64,000 nt of DNA from Candidatus Nanohaloarchaea archaeon. Its GTDB lineage: Archaea > Nanohalarchaeota > Nanosalinia > Nanosalinales > Nanosalinaceae. The translations under genes were made by a program, and so were the position numbers. The stretch spans positions 68,356 through 132,355 of the forward strand of contig JBDGRE010000001.1 in NCBI GenBank assembly GCA_042218325.1. Direction: 5' to 3'. The notes beneath the pieces were generated by a model that was not told where the DNA came from, ran no database searches, and saw nothing but the letters and a program-made list of their open reading frames with translations. Below, one piece after another: positions 10,015 to 19,289 of the stretch; within the stretch, counting starts at the first letter, position 1; each line of letters opens with the position of its first letter.

Positions 10015-10602
10015 CTACACCAGCAGGAAAGCCACAGTTACGGATGCAGCGGCGATGAGCGCACCTGCGATCACGTCCTGGGCCGTGTGCTGTTCGAGCC
10101 TGATCCTTGACCAGCCGACCGCCGCGAGCAGCAGGAAAACTACTGCGGCTGCGAAGGTCGAGTAGAACGCGGCAGTGGCTGCGACCCCGGACAGCACGCC
10201 TGCATGTATGCTGGGCTTTACGTATTCGTTCCCGGCTGCGCCTGCAGCTATAGCGGCTATCCCGGCGTATGCCAGTTTCTGGAAAACCACTGGTGCGTTC
10301 AGAATCGCCGCAAGCAACAGGAAGACAGTTGAGAAAAGCATCGCGAGGACGTAGAAAAGTGTTCTCTCCTCGCGGATGTAGAGGTCGTAGCCGTAGAACC
10401 GCTCGGCCGATTTCACGGCTATATAGGTCGGCAGGACTACGACCGCGATCCCTAAAACCACGAACTCCAGGAAAGGCTTGGCAGGGAGACCGGTTAACTC
10501 CACCAGGAGCAGGCCGCCGCCGATACTGGTGGCGAAGGGGTTGAAAACCAGTGAAACTGCGCCCGCCAGAATGTCTACCCCGCTCCGGGAGATTTTTCTC
10601 AC
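10015..10602 (-). CDS. PAP2-like membrane protein
   Basis: Multiple TM segments, KPSIH and WSRIRLEQHT..DVIAG motifs. Confidence 0.65.
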   Translation of the reverse strand: MRKISRSGVDILAGAVSLVFNPFATSIGGGLLLVELTGLPAKPFLEFVVLGIAVVVLPTYIAVKSAERFYGYDLYIREERTLFYVLAMLFSTVFLLLAAILNAPVVFQKLAYAGIAAIAAGAAGNEYVKPSIHAGVLSGVAATAAFYSTFAAAVVFLLLAAVGWSRIRLEQHTAQDVIAGALIAAASVTVAFLLV

Positions 10603-12773
10603 CTGACGATTACTGTCCCGGTGTCTCCAGCTGCCCTGTGGTTGTGGTAGCCGAATTCACCCGTTTTCTCGAACTCGAAGCTGAACCTTCCGCCTGAGGA
10701 GCACTGGTCGAACGTGTCGCTTTCGCCATCGCTGCAGTGCTGGCTCGTCGAGGTGCCGTCGTACTGCGTGTGAGTCGGGTGCCGGTCGGATGCGACCCAC
10801 ATCGAGCTGCCGGCCTCGTTGACCCATGTGACCTCCTCGCCCCGCTGGATGGTTATGGTCTGGGGCTGGAAGCCCGAATCCGTGTAAGTGACCACGTTGT
10901 CCGGGCTGGAGGTCTCGTCTTCAGTCTCGGATCCGTCTTCGGCTGACTCGTTTTCGGACTTCCCTGTTTCGCTCTCGTGCTCCGTGAAACCGGGGACTGA
11001 AACGTCGCGAGAAAGGCTGTTGACTTGCTGTCCGTCGACGACGAGGGTGACGCTGGCGCTGTAGCTGCCGTCCTCCAGCTTGACACTCTTCTCGGCCTTG
11101 TAGTCGGTGACTGCCTGTCCCGCAGCGCCGGTGGGCGGTGATAGACTGAAAGTGAACTTCACGCTGCCGCTTCCCCTGTTCATTTTTTTGCTCCAGGTGT
11201 ATCCGAGTGAGGGCGCGGTGTACTCTGTCTCGGCCTTCAGCTCGGAGCCTTCCAGTTCAAGCTTGACCTCCGAGCTTCCGACCTCCGCACGGTCTCCATC
11301 TTTCCGGCGTTCACGGGCTTCCTCGCGTGCCTCTTTCCTGAGCTCCCTGCGTTCGTCGCGGAACTCCTGGATTATCTCGAGCCGTTCTTCCTGGCTCTCT
11401 GCCTCCCTGAGTTCCTGGGCCATCTCCCGGCTGAACTCCTTCATCTTCCTGACTGCTTCCTGCGTGTCCTCGCGTTCGTCCTCTATTTCCTCTCGGACTT
11501 CTTCATGAGTCATGCGCTGGTAGCGCTCCGAGTTGACGATCGAGAGCGCGCGGATCGCGCTCTTCCGGGCCTCGAAGTAGTCGCCTTCTTCGAAGGCTTC
11601 CTGGGCCTCTATAAGGTGTTCCTGCGCCTCCCCCGAGGAGTTGGAGTCGACCGCGGCCTCCGCCTTCCTGAGCGTCCGGTTCGCCTGTCGCTGGAGTTCT
11701 TCAGAGTTCATAACCTGCTGCCTCCACCTCCCGAACCTCTTCTGCTGGAGGCGGTTCCATTCGCGGCGGTTGTCGGCCGTGATACTGGACGTGACCTGTT
11801 CGGGTGGCCCGGATACACGGTCCACGCTCCTGTTGGTCTCCGACTCGATGCGGTCCGCTATCTGCCGGGCGAACTCCGGCTTGCCGGTTACCTTGATACT
11901 CTCCGCCTCTGTATCCCGCACGAGTTCGACAGCATCCGAGACCTGTTCCTGGCTGCCTACGACGAAGGATGCGGAGTTCGGAGCCACCGGCACAGAGATG
12001 GCGTGCCGGAAGTTGGCGGCCGCCACTATGACAAGCGTCGAGCGGTTGCGTGAGCTCTGCGCGACCCTTGACTGCACCTGGTCCGAGAGGCTTTCGATTT
12101 CTTCTGTTTCGTTCTCGCTCTCCTGCTCCGGTTCCTCTACCTCTACGTCCGTGACACCGATGTTCCTGAGGTCCTGTGTGACGTTGACGGCGTCTGTCGA
12201 GTAAACGTCGACCTCGGTCGCCCCGAGCCTGTCGATCTCCGAGAGAACCGCGGCCGACAGCGTACCTGTCTTCGAGATGAGTATAGGTTCGTCCTCGTCC
12301 TGGACCTCGTTCTTTACAGCGGAGAGCAGCTTGTAGCCGTTTTCCGCGTCCTGCGGGTACTGCACTATGGTCGCGGAGTCGCTGCCCTCACCCCAGAAGT
12401 AGCTTGAGACCTCGATGGAGGTCCCTACCTGCGTCGTTCCGAACAGCCGGGTCGTGGAGTTGACCATCGATTCGACCTCGGTCTGGACGGAGTCGGATAC
12501 GACCGCGGGCCCTCCTACTATTATCACCTCTTCTGCGCCCAGCTCCTGGATGGACTGTCTCGTGGAACTGGTCAGCTGGTTCTTATCTGTTAGAAGTACC
12601 GGTATGCCGAGCTTCTCCGACGGCGCAGAGGCGATGAACGCGTCCGGGAAGTTGGCGGTGGACGCAAGTATCACCTTGTCGACGTTAGAATCATCATTAG
12701 AGGGGCTTTCTTGGGCTGCCGAGAAAGATACTACCGCCATAAGGGCTGCAAGCAAAACTAAGGATTGTTTCAT
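10599..12773 (-). CDS. Secreted protein with cell-wall-binding repeat 2, coiled coil and C-terminal cupredoxin-like domain
   Basis: Signal peptide; ILASTANFPDA...PVLLT...IIVGGPAVVSDSV; GFQPQTITIQRGEEVTWVN...FEKTGEFGYHNH. Confidence 0.75.
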   Translation of the reverse strand: MKQSLVLLAALMAVVSFSAAQESPSNDDSNVDKVILASTANFPDAFIASAPSEKLGIPVLLTDKNQLTSSTRQSIQELGAEEVIIVGGPAVVSDSVQTEVESMVNSTTRLFGTTQVGTSIEVSSYFWGEGSDSATIVQYPQDAENGYKLLSAVKNEVQDEDEPILISKTGTLSAAVLSEIDRLGATEVDVYSTDAVNVTQDLRNIGVTDVEVEEPEQESENETEEIESLSDQVQSRVAQSSRNRSTLVIVAAANFRHAISVPVAPNSASFVVGSQEQVSDAVELVRDTEAESIKVTGKPEFARQIADRIESETNRSVDRVSGPPEQVTSSITADNRREWNRLQQKRFGRWRQQVMNSEELQRQANRTLRKAEAAVDSNSSGEAQEHLIEAQEAFEEGDYFEARKSAIRALSIVNSERYQRMTHEEVREEIEDEREDTQEAVRKMKEFSREMAQELREAESQEERLEIIQEFRDERRELRKEAREEARERRKDGDRAEVGSSEVKLELEGSELKAETEYTAPSLGYTWSKKMNRGSGSVKFTFSLSPPTGAAGQAVTDYKAEKSVKLEDGSYSASVTLVVDGQQVNSLSRDVSVPGFTEHESETGKSENESAEDGSETEDETSSPDNVVTYTDSGFQPQTITIQRGEEVTWVNEAGSSMWVASDRHPTHTQYDGTSTSQHCSDGESDTFDQCSSGGRFSFEFEKTGEFGYHNHRAAGDTGTVIVR

Positions 12774-12855
12774 GTTCTCGAATTGGTGCTCGCTGTTTAA
12801 ATTGTTGTGTGGCGGTCTACTACAGTTTTTTATCCCTCATAAACAATCGACTGGT

Positions 12856-13374
12856 ATGGCACTGAACCGTGAAGAACTCCGCGAGCTGATAGAGGAGAAA
12901 AACCTTGTATCGGGTTACCCGCACCTCGAGACCCAGCTCGGGTCGAACGGCTTCGATGTGACCGTCGATGAGATACATCGCTACCCCGGGCCGGGGAAAC
13001 TGGATTTCTCGAACGACGAGCGCGAGATACCGGAAACCGTTCCCATCGAGCCGGAGAAGAAGAGCGAGGAGGACGAGTACTGCTGGTGGTCGCTGGAGCC
13101 CGGAGCCTACAAGATAGTCATGAACGAGCGCGTCGATATACCGAACGATCTCGTGGGCCTCGCCTTTCCCCGCTCATCGCTACTCCGGATGGGCGCCACC
13201 ATCAACAACGGCGTCTGGGACTCCGGTTACACAGGGAGAGGAGAGTTCATGCTGACTGTCGAGAACCCTGAAGGCATCGAGATAAAGGAGAACGCTCGGG
13301 TGAACCAGATAGTCTTCTTCCACATGGACGAGGTAGAACAGGGTTACGACGGCAGGTACCACGAAGGGGAATAA
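12856..13374 (+). CDS. dUTPase / dCTP deaminase family protein
   Basis: NGFDVT, PRSSLLRMG, VWDSGYTGRG, ARVNQIVF, YDGRY; start at ATG 12856. Confidence 0.88.
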   Translation: MALNREELRELIEEKNLVSGYPHLETQLGSNGFDVTVDEIHRYPGPGKLDFSNDEREIPETVPIEPEKKSEEDEYCWWSLEPGAYKIVMNERVDIPNDLVGLAFPRSSLLRMGATINNGVWDSGYTGRGEFMLTVENPEGIEIKENARVNQIVFFHMDEVEQGYDGRYHEGE

Positions 13375-13397
13375 AAAGCTGTAGCTCCCGGGGAACA

Positions 13398-13468
13398 ATA
13401 GATGATGACGACTCAAGGCTGATTCCCGATAGAAAGGGAGATGATGAGAACGAACACCTCTGAGTCAC
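13398..13468 (+). ncRNA. Box C/D guide sRNA
   Basis: C ATGATGA 13402-13408, D' CTGA 13419-13422, C' ATGATGA 13441-13447, D CTGA 13460-13463; 10- and 12-nt guides; hairpin between D' and C'. Confidence 0.8.
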
Positions 13469-13507
13469 TTTTAATAACGCGCGAGGGAAACATTCTCGTG
13501 AAGTATA

Positions 13508-13882
13508 ATGGTGGATGAAGAAGACCAGCTGTATGTCAGGGTCGACGGCTACAAGGTGCTTCTACAGGATCTTGAAGCGGTAAGACAGATAGTGCAGAAC
13601 GTGAACGAGGCGGCCCAGGTCCTGAGGCAGGTCCGGGACGTCAAGGAGAAGACCATCGATACGATATACGAGAACCTTGACAGAATGAACGAGAAGCTGG
13701 AGGACGTTCACATGGAGATGCCGGACGTCGACAACGTGCCCGCTGGCCAGTCTGTTCCTTCGCAGGTAGAGGTCGAGGCCACGGCCAACCAGGAGGTCAA
13801 CGAGATAGACGAATCCGTCGAGCAGCTTCACTCCGAGCTGGAGAACCTGCAGGACGAGCTCTCCGACCTCGGAGAAAAATAG
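13508..13882 (+). CDS. Hypothetical coiled-coil protein
   Basis: Acidic heptad-rich ORF with N-terminal LYVRVDGYK. Confidence 0.7.
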   Translation: MVDEEDQLYVRVDGYKVLLQDLEAVRQIVQNVNEAAQVLRQVRDVKEKTIDTIYENLDRMNEKLEDVHMEMPDVDNVPAGQSVPSQVEVEATANQEVNEIDESVEQLHSELENLQDELSDLGEK

Positions 13883-13943
13883 ATTCCAAGTACACCGCAT
13901 AGGATATAGTTCTACCGTTCATCAGATCGCGCTGGAAGTTGTT

Positions 13944-14008
13944 ACCGGGGACCGGATTTGAACCGCTCGAAACCTCGGTAGAGGTTTCTTTGAGGAGGTT
14001 AAATCTCA
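13944..14008 (-). repeat. tRNA-3'-end-like copy with GAAA...TTTC hairpin downstream of tRNA-Leu
   Basis: Minus strand GAGATTTAACC-TCCTC-AAA-GAAACCTC-TACC-GAGGTTTC-GAGC-GGTTCAAATCCGGTCCCCGGT. Confidence 0.6.
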
Positions 14009-14160
14009 TGCCGGGGCGGAGATTTGAACTCCGGAACCCTCTACGGGACAGGATATCTTATCACAGCGCCCCTCCACGGGAAGCTGTTCGGGCCTCCATC
14101 TCCTTGCGGAGAAAGAGGTGTCCTTAAGTCCTGCGCCTTTAGCCACTCGGCCACCCCGGC
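14009..14160 (-). tRNA. tRNA-Leu(TAA) with 68-nt intron (14055-14122) at 37/38
   Basis: GCCGGGGTGGCCGAGTGGCTAAAGGCGCAGGACTTAAG|intron|ATCCTG, long variable arm, T arm; BHB helix CTTA/TAAG. Confidence 0.92.
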
Positions 14161-14236
14161 ATTGCGTGTATCGTGGAGGTGTATTTACAACGTAGTTCTC
14201 TCTGATTTTTTAAACAGCCCTTACGAAGTCCCAGTT

Positions 14237-14647
14237 ATGACTGGTGTCGAAGCCGTGTTCGGTACCGCGTACGGTGACCTCGGCCTTGCGGTCCTGAGGA
14301 TAATCGTCGGAGGTGTTTTCGTGTCCCACGCTGTACCGAAGATCGAGGACCCGCATTCGACGAGGAGTTTCTTTTCGTCGGTGGGTCTTCCTGATTCGAT
14401 GTACCTCGTGTATCTCGCGATAGGGATAGAGGTCGTCGCCGGAACGATGCTTGCCCTCGGCCTTTATACCCAGCTCGCGGGCCTGGCACTCACGGCCTTC
14501 ATGCTTGTGGCGACCTACGTCGCCGTCGAAAAGATGGATAAGGATTTCGAGGGAGGTTACGAGGTCGACCTGCTGCTTCTCACTGCCTCTTTCATGTACT
14601 ACCTGAACGGCCCGGGCATGTATGCGCTCGATGCGGTCATCAGGTGA
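14237..14647 (+). CDS. DoxX family membrane protein
   Basis: LRIIVGGVFVSHAVPK, EVVAG.MLALGLYT, GGYE.DL, GPG.YALD. Confidence 0.85.
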   Translation: MTGVEAVFGTAYGDLGLAVLRIIVGGVFVSHAVPKIEDPHSTRSFFSSVGLPDSMYLVYLAIGIEVVAGTMLALGLYTQLAGLALTAFMLVATYVAVEKMDKDFEGGYEVDLLLLTASFMYYLNGPGMYALDAVIR

Positions 14648-14675
14648 TTTATTCTCCCGGGGATAAGATGTTCTT

Positions 14676-15098
14676 ATGTTACAGGAAGGAGACGAGATTC
14701 CGGAGTTTGAGGTCGAAAACCAGGATGGTATGACAGTGCGCGCGGCCGATATCGAGGGCGCTATAGTTTATTTCTACCCGAAGGCCGGCACACCGGGTTG
14801 TACGAAGGAGGCCTGCAGTTTCAGGGACAGCATCCAGGAGTTCGAAGACGCAGGTATAGCGGTCTACGGTGTCAGTGTCGACTCTGTAGGGGGCCAGAAA
14901 GCTTTCCACGACAAGTATGATATCGGGTTCGACCTGCTCGCGGATGAGGAAGGAAAGGTCGCGGAGAAGTTCGGCGTACTGCACGGCGATGTGGCGGAAA
15001 GAACGACTTTCCTCGTGAGAGAGGGAAAGGTGGAGAAAGTTTTCCGGGACGTAGACCCGGAAGAACACGTGGGAGAGGTTATCGAGTATCTGGATTAA
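14676..15098 (+). CDS. bcp: Peroxiredoxin BCP/PrxQ
   Basis: YFYPKAGTPGCTKEACSFRD. Confidence 0.92.
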   Translation: MLQEGDEIPEFEVENQDGMTVRAADIEGAIVYFYPKAGTPGCTKEACSFRDSIQEFEDAGIAVYGVSVDSVGGQKAFHDKYDIGFDLLADEEGKVAEKFGVLHGDVAERTTFLVREGKVEKVFRDVDPEEHVGEVIEYLD

Positions 15099-15649
15099 TC
15101 CAGTAGCTCTGTCTTCCTGATCTCAAGGTCGCGGAACGGATAGATATCGTTCGCAACGTCCCTAAGCTCTTCCTGGAGCTCATCCCTGAAAACAGCTTCC
15201 ATGAACTCGTGGTAATCCATACTGGAAGCGTTTTCGTCTATAACGTCCTTGAGTTCCTGTCTGGCAGCCTTCAGCGTCTTGCTGGAAGTGTTGCTGACCG
15301 TGGCTCCTACTATCTTGACACGGACCTCCCTGCTATCATCGGTCAGGGTGTCATACACCAGGTCCATCCTGTCGCTTCTCTTCCTTATCATCCGGGAGAC
15401 GAACTCCTTCGAGCACTCCATCCCTGTGACCTCTGTGAAGGCCTTATTGCCCTCGACCTCGGTCACTTTCAGTTCGACATCCACGTAGTACTTGCTGGTT
15501 CCTTCCAGCAGGTCTGTCAGGTCCTCTCTTATCGTCCTGCCGATCACCTGTGAGTCCTTCTCCGCCGGCGTCTCGCCGACCTCGTCCTTCGAGAAGAACT
15601 CTGGTGCTGTTATCTCGTACCAGTTTTTCTGGATAACTGCCTTGGTCAT
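15095..15649 (-). CDS. rps3ae: 30S ribosomal protein S3Ae (eS1)
   Basis: KNWYEITAPEFF...GETPA...GRT; IYPFRDLEIRKTE. Confidence 0.92.
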   Translation of the reverse strand: MTKAVIQKNWYEITAPEFFSKDEVGETPAEKDSQVIGRTIREDLTDLLEGTSKYYVDVELKVTEVEGNKAFTEVTGMECSKEFVSRMIRKRSDRMDLVYDTLTDDSREVRVKIVGATVSNTSSKTLKAARQELKDVIDENASSMDYHEFMEAVFRDELQEELRDVANDIYPFRDLEIRKTELLD

Positions 15650-15703
15650 ACGACTGGTGGCGGGTCAAAACTTTATAAACAGTTGGCCGGGGTTCTGGAA
15701 GGT

Positions 15704-16471
15704 ATGGAGTTCGAAAAATACGTCCCTGGTAAGCATGGAAACCTCTTTCCCGACTCCTTCTCTGTGAATGTGGTGAAACCTTCCGACATCGAAGACTACC
15801 GTGGAGCGGTGAAGCAAGCTCTCGAAGATATCGAGGGTATTTTCGGAAGTATGGCGGCGGATTTCTCCGTAGTGATCGGGGAGATAGACGCCGGTCTACT
15901 GGAGGAAGAGTTCGACGGAGATATACTGCACTACGCCTATTTCCAGGCATACTCTCTCGGGAAGAAGGCACACAGTCAGGGCGACCGCAACATCATCTTC
16001 CTGGCCACTTCACAGGGGTACGAGTACTGGAGACCTGGCCTGAAATACTACACGGTGCACGAGGAGGCTCACCAGGAGTTCTACGTCGAGAAACCGGACA
16101 TGATGCACGAGATTTGGGAGTCGATTATCTTCGAGGGCCACGCGATCCACCGCTCTGAAAAGGTGCGGGAGCAGAAGGACTACCGCTGGGAGGGGCACCG
16201 GGGCAGCTTCCCCGGCTCCGCAGCAGAACTGAAACAGGAGCTGGACAAGAACAGGGAGTGGGAGGGCGACCTGCATGAGAGGGAGGACTCCAGCCCGCTG
16301 TTCAGCATGGGCGGAGAGCGCTGGCAGCAGGCGGAAGGATATATAGCTGCGTTCGAAATCTACCGCGATATCGTCGAACGCAACGGCATGGACGTAGACG
16401 GGCCCGTAAGGAGAAGCGAGGCGTGGCAAAAGGAGGAGAAAAGGAAGTCCATAGACCGGCTCTACAGCTAG
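15704..16471 (+). CDS. Putative Zn-dependent peptidase (HExxH)
   Basis: VHEEAH followed by IIFEGHA and a later GY motif; start at ATG 15704. Confidence 0.55.
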   Translation: MEFEKYVPGKHGNLFPDSFSVNVVKPSDIEDYRGAVKQALEDIEGIFGSMAADFSVVIGEIDAGLLEEEFDGDILHYAYFQAYSLGKKAHSQGDRNIIFLATSQGYEYWRPGLKYYTVHEEAHQEFYVEKPDMMHEIWESIIFEGHAIHRSEKVREQKDYRWEGHRGSFPGSAAELKQELDKNREWEGDLHEREDSSPLFSMGGERWQQAEGYIAAFEIYRDIVERNGMDVDGPVRRSEAWQKEEKRKSIDRLYS

Positions 16472-17838
16472 TATTCCGCGACCTGCTGCTCCACGGTTTC
16501 CAGGAACTCTTTCTTCCTGTCTCTCGGTATCTTGGCTCCGGCCGCGACGTTATGGCCCCCGCCTTCGCCGTCTACGTCTTCCGCGGCTTCTCCTATGACG
16601 TCGCCGAGGTTGAGGCCTTCCTCGACCGCGTCCTTCTTGGCCCGGGAGGAGACCTTGATCTTGTCTTTCTCGGCGTGGGCCATGCCCATGGCGACCGGTG
16701 AAGAGAAGTATCCGTCTCCCATGGTGATGGTCGTGACGGTGCCGATGAAGTTCTCGTCTATGTTGCTTCCGGCGTCTATTATACCCATCCTGTCGTCGTA
16801 GACGACCTCGCTGTTGTCGCGGTTGTCCTCGACGTACCGTAACGCCTTCGAGATGCGGCGGCCGTACTTCCTTGACATCTTCTCCGCCAGCTCCATGTCG
16901 TTCTCGAGCAGTATCTTCACGCCTTTCCTTGGTTCGCCGAGCCGTCCGCAGGCGTTGATTATCGTGGAGAACTCGTCGATGCCGTGGCCGTTCTCCAGCA
17001 CGTAGACGTTGCGGAGCAGAGGTTCGACGTCGTGGCCCTGCTTGATGAGGCCGTGTATGATGCGTTTCTCTTCCTCCGCGTCGAGATCTTCAAGCGTCTT
17101 GAAGCCGTCCCCGTCACGTATATCCAGGTCGATGGATTTCAGGAACTGGATCGCACCCGACTCGCTGTTGCTGATACCCTCCAGCACAGGGTCCGTGGTG
17201 TACATGAGCGACTTGTGCAGCGGCTTCGTCGAACGGCCGTAGAGGTCGAGGCCCTTCCTTTTGTCTATAAGGTCGTGCTCCTCGGCCCTTCCAAGCAGCT
17301 GCTTGTTTAGTCCGAGGAATTCTCCTTCCTGCTTCTGGACGTCGCCCGTCGCCCCTATCAGGGCGTATGGCACAAGGTCGATGTTCTCGCTGTTCGCGGC
17401 CTCCGCGAGCAGGTAGGTCATGCCGGCGGCACTGATCGCCTCTCCGCCGTCGTGGCCGAGAAAATGCGGGTTGAGGTGGACGAACCTGTCGCTATCCGGT
17501 GTTTCCTCCATCTGCGGCGAGTGGTGGTCTGATATTATGACCTGCTTGCCGGTATCTTCGATTATGTGTTCCTGGATCAGGCGGGACTGTCCCGAGCCTA
17601 TGTCCACGAAGAACAGGAGTTCCTCGTCTTCCCCGGCGAGCCTCTCGATGTCTTCCTCGTAGAGCTGCTCGAGTATCTCGTACTCGAACTTCTTTCCCAT
17701 GCGATCTAGAAGTTCGTGGGCTATGGCGCTAGAGCATATTCCGTCGGCGTCGAACTGGCCGATAAGTCTTATCTTGCCGTCGTGCTGTCTGAGTTTCTCC
17801 ACCGCCGGTTCCGCCGCCTGCAGGATATCTTCTACCAT
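16468..17838 (-). CDS. RecJ/GAN-like DHH phosphoesterase
   Basis: DADG, DIGSG, SDHH, LNPH, GDVQ, GGGHNVAAGA; usual rps15-recJ-rps3ae neighbourhood. Confidence 0.9.
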   Translation of the reverse strand: MVEDILQAAEPAVEKLRQHDGKIRLIGQFDADGICSSAIAHELLDRMGKKFEYEILEQLYEEDIERLAGEDEELLFFVDIGSGQSRLIQEHIIEDTGKQVIISDHHSPQMEETPDSDRFVHLNPHFLGHDGGEAISAAGMTYLLAEAANSENIDLVPYALIGATGDVQKQEGEFLGLNKQLLGRAEEHDLIDKRKGLDLYGRSTKPLHKSLMYTTDPVLEGISNSESGAIQFLKSIDLDIRDGDGFKTLEDLDAEEEKRIIHGLIKQGHDVEPLLRNVYVLENGHGIDEFSTIINACGRLGEPRKGVKILLENDMELAEKMSRKYGRRISKALRYVEDNRDNSEVVYDDRMGIIDAGSNIDENFIGTVTTITMGDGYFSSPVAMGMAHAEKDKIKVSSRAKKDAVEEGLNLGDVIGEAAEDVDGEGGGHNVAAGAKIPRDRKKEFLETVEQQVAEY

Positions 17839-17873
17839 CCCTGTGAAACACAGGTGGCGGGACTTATTTCAAG

Positions 17874-18308
17874 TTACTCTCGGACGTACTTCCAGTCTCC
17901 CGGGATGTTGCCTTCTTCCCTGTGGTAGTTCGCGAGCCTGCGGATCTTCGCCTCTGTAAGCTCCAGCTCGCGCTCGGCGTCTTGGTCGTTCGGGTTCTCG
18001 GCGATGTGGTCCTGGATGGACTCCGCCTTCTCCACGAGACTTGAGAGGTCCTCGGGGATCTCAGGTGCGACATCTTCCTCCTCGAGTATCTCTGTCAGCT
18101 TCTTCCCGGTTATCTCCCGGACCGACGGGATTCCGTACTCGTCTCGCAGCTTCATGCCTATCTGTGACGGCTCGAGACCCTTCTCGCGGAGCTTGACAAC
18201 GAGGTCGATGACCTCCTGCTCGTCGTAGTCGACCCAGCGGGGAACCTTCTTGTCCACCGGCTTGTCGCTGCCGGAGCTTCCGCGGTCGCCTGAATGCATC
18301 CGGGACAT
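17874..18308 (-). CDS. rps15: 30S ribosomal protein S15 (uS15)
   Basis: MSRMHSGDRGSSGS, IGMKLRDEYGIP, PEDL, EAKIRRLANY, WKY. Confidence 0.95.
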   Translation of the reverse strand: MSRMHSGDRGSSGSDKPVDKKVPRWVDYDEQEVIDLVVKLREKGLEPSQIGMKLRDEYGIPSVREITGKKLTEILEEEDVAPEIPEDLSSLVEKAESIQDHIAENPNDQDAERELELTEAKIRRLANYHREEGNIPGDWKYVRE

Positions 18309-18452
18309 CAGCTGAACCTCCGGTAGAAAGTAGCTGTTACCATGTTTTTGACGTACTGCAGCAGTTCGAGGTAGATGTAAGCTTTCATGTTATCACTTGC
18401 CGATCCGGTCACGCGCCAGCGTTTACGGTCTATGAACCGAAGGATCGACAAA
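18308..18452 (-). promoter_or_regulatory. Structured rps15 5' leader plus 26-aa uORF (18308-18388) whose stop overlaps the rps15 start
   Basis: Stem TTGTCGATCC/GGATCGGCAA enclosing inner hairpins; uORF MKAYIYLELLQYVKNMVTATFYRRFS ending in TGATG. Confidence 0.55.
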
Positions 18453-18506
18453 TCTTTTTAAAGGCAGCCCGGAGGGCTTAAGTGCCAGCGTCCACGTTTT
18501 TCTTTC

Positions 18507-19289
18507 ATGGACATCGAGTTCGATGGCGGCTACGTACTTTACGCTCTGGGCGTACTGCTCGGAATCTTCTCGGTGTTCTACTTTGGGTTCGAGATATTAC
18601 TGGGCCTGTCGCCAGTGACGAAGGCACTGCTGTTGCTGGCGGTCACTTCCTGCTTCCTTCTCGCCGGAGCGCGTTTCTACAGGCGTTTCCTGTCGATCCC
18701 GTTCTACCTGCTCGGGGCGTTCTCGTATGTCGTTTTCATCGTCTACACGCTGGCACGGTTCGGTTTTTCACGTGAGGTGGATTTCCTGCTGCTCGCAGTT
18801 TCCTCCGCGGCGTTCCTCGGCCTGGGCTACCTCCTGAGGAATTCCGGGACAAGGCTTGGGACAAAGAGATTCAGGGCCGCCATATCCGGGATTCTGCTAG
18901 CAGCTATCGTTCTTTCGGCAGTCGACGCCGCAGGACCTCAGCCGGAGTACAGCCTCGAGCTGAAGGATGAGGTGCGCATATCATCAGATGAAACAGTTTT
19001 CGGCACTCTGCAGGTCGAGAATAGTTTCTTCCTTTATCGCGGCACTGACATACCGCGGTATGAGGCATGCACCTCTGGGAGAGAAAGCCTGTTCGTCGAT
19101 ATGAAAGAGCCCGGTCTGATGCCCGGCCATTCCTCTACCACTGTGAACCTGACAGTCCAGGTCCCGCGCGCGAGCGATGGCGGCTTCGCTCTCGAGGGGG
19201 TGTACAGTATCGAGAAGGCCGAGAGCTGTCCGGAAAACCCTGCCGAGGACACTATTTACGTCTTTGAAGAAGAGAGGAGGTATGACTAG
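18507..19289 (+). CDS. Hypothetical membrane protein
   Basis: Five hydrophobic segments plus a soluble C-terminal domain. Confidence 0.7.
   Translation: MDIEFDGGYVLYALGVLLGIFSVFYFGFEILLGLSPVTKALLLLAVTSCFLLAGARFYRRFLSIPFYLLGAFSYVVFIVYTLARFGFSREVDFLLLAVSSAAFLGLGYLLRNSGTRLGTKRFRAAISGILLAAIVLSAVDAAGPQPEYSLELKDEVRISSDETVFGTLQVENSFFLYRGTDIPRYEACTSGRESLFVDMKEPGLMPGHSSTTVNLTVQVPRASDGGFALEGVYSIEKAESCPENPAEDTIYVFEEERRYD

Noticed and set aside
9969-10015. Search for a cognate frameshift leader before aspS
   Set aside because: No GGTGGA-NNT-TTT motif; the short gap looks like a plain leaderless promoter, so the system is not universal to all synthetases
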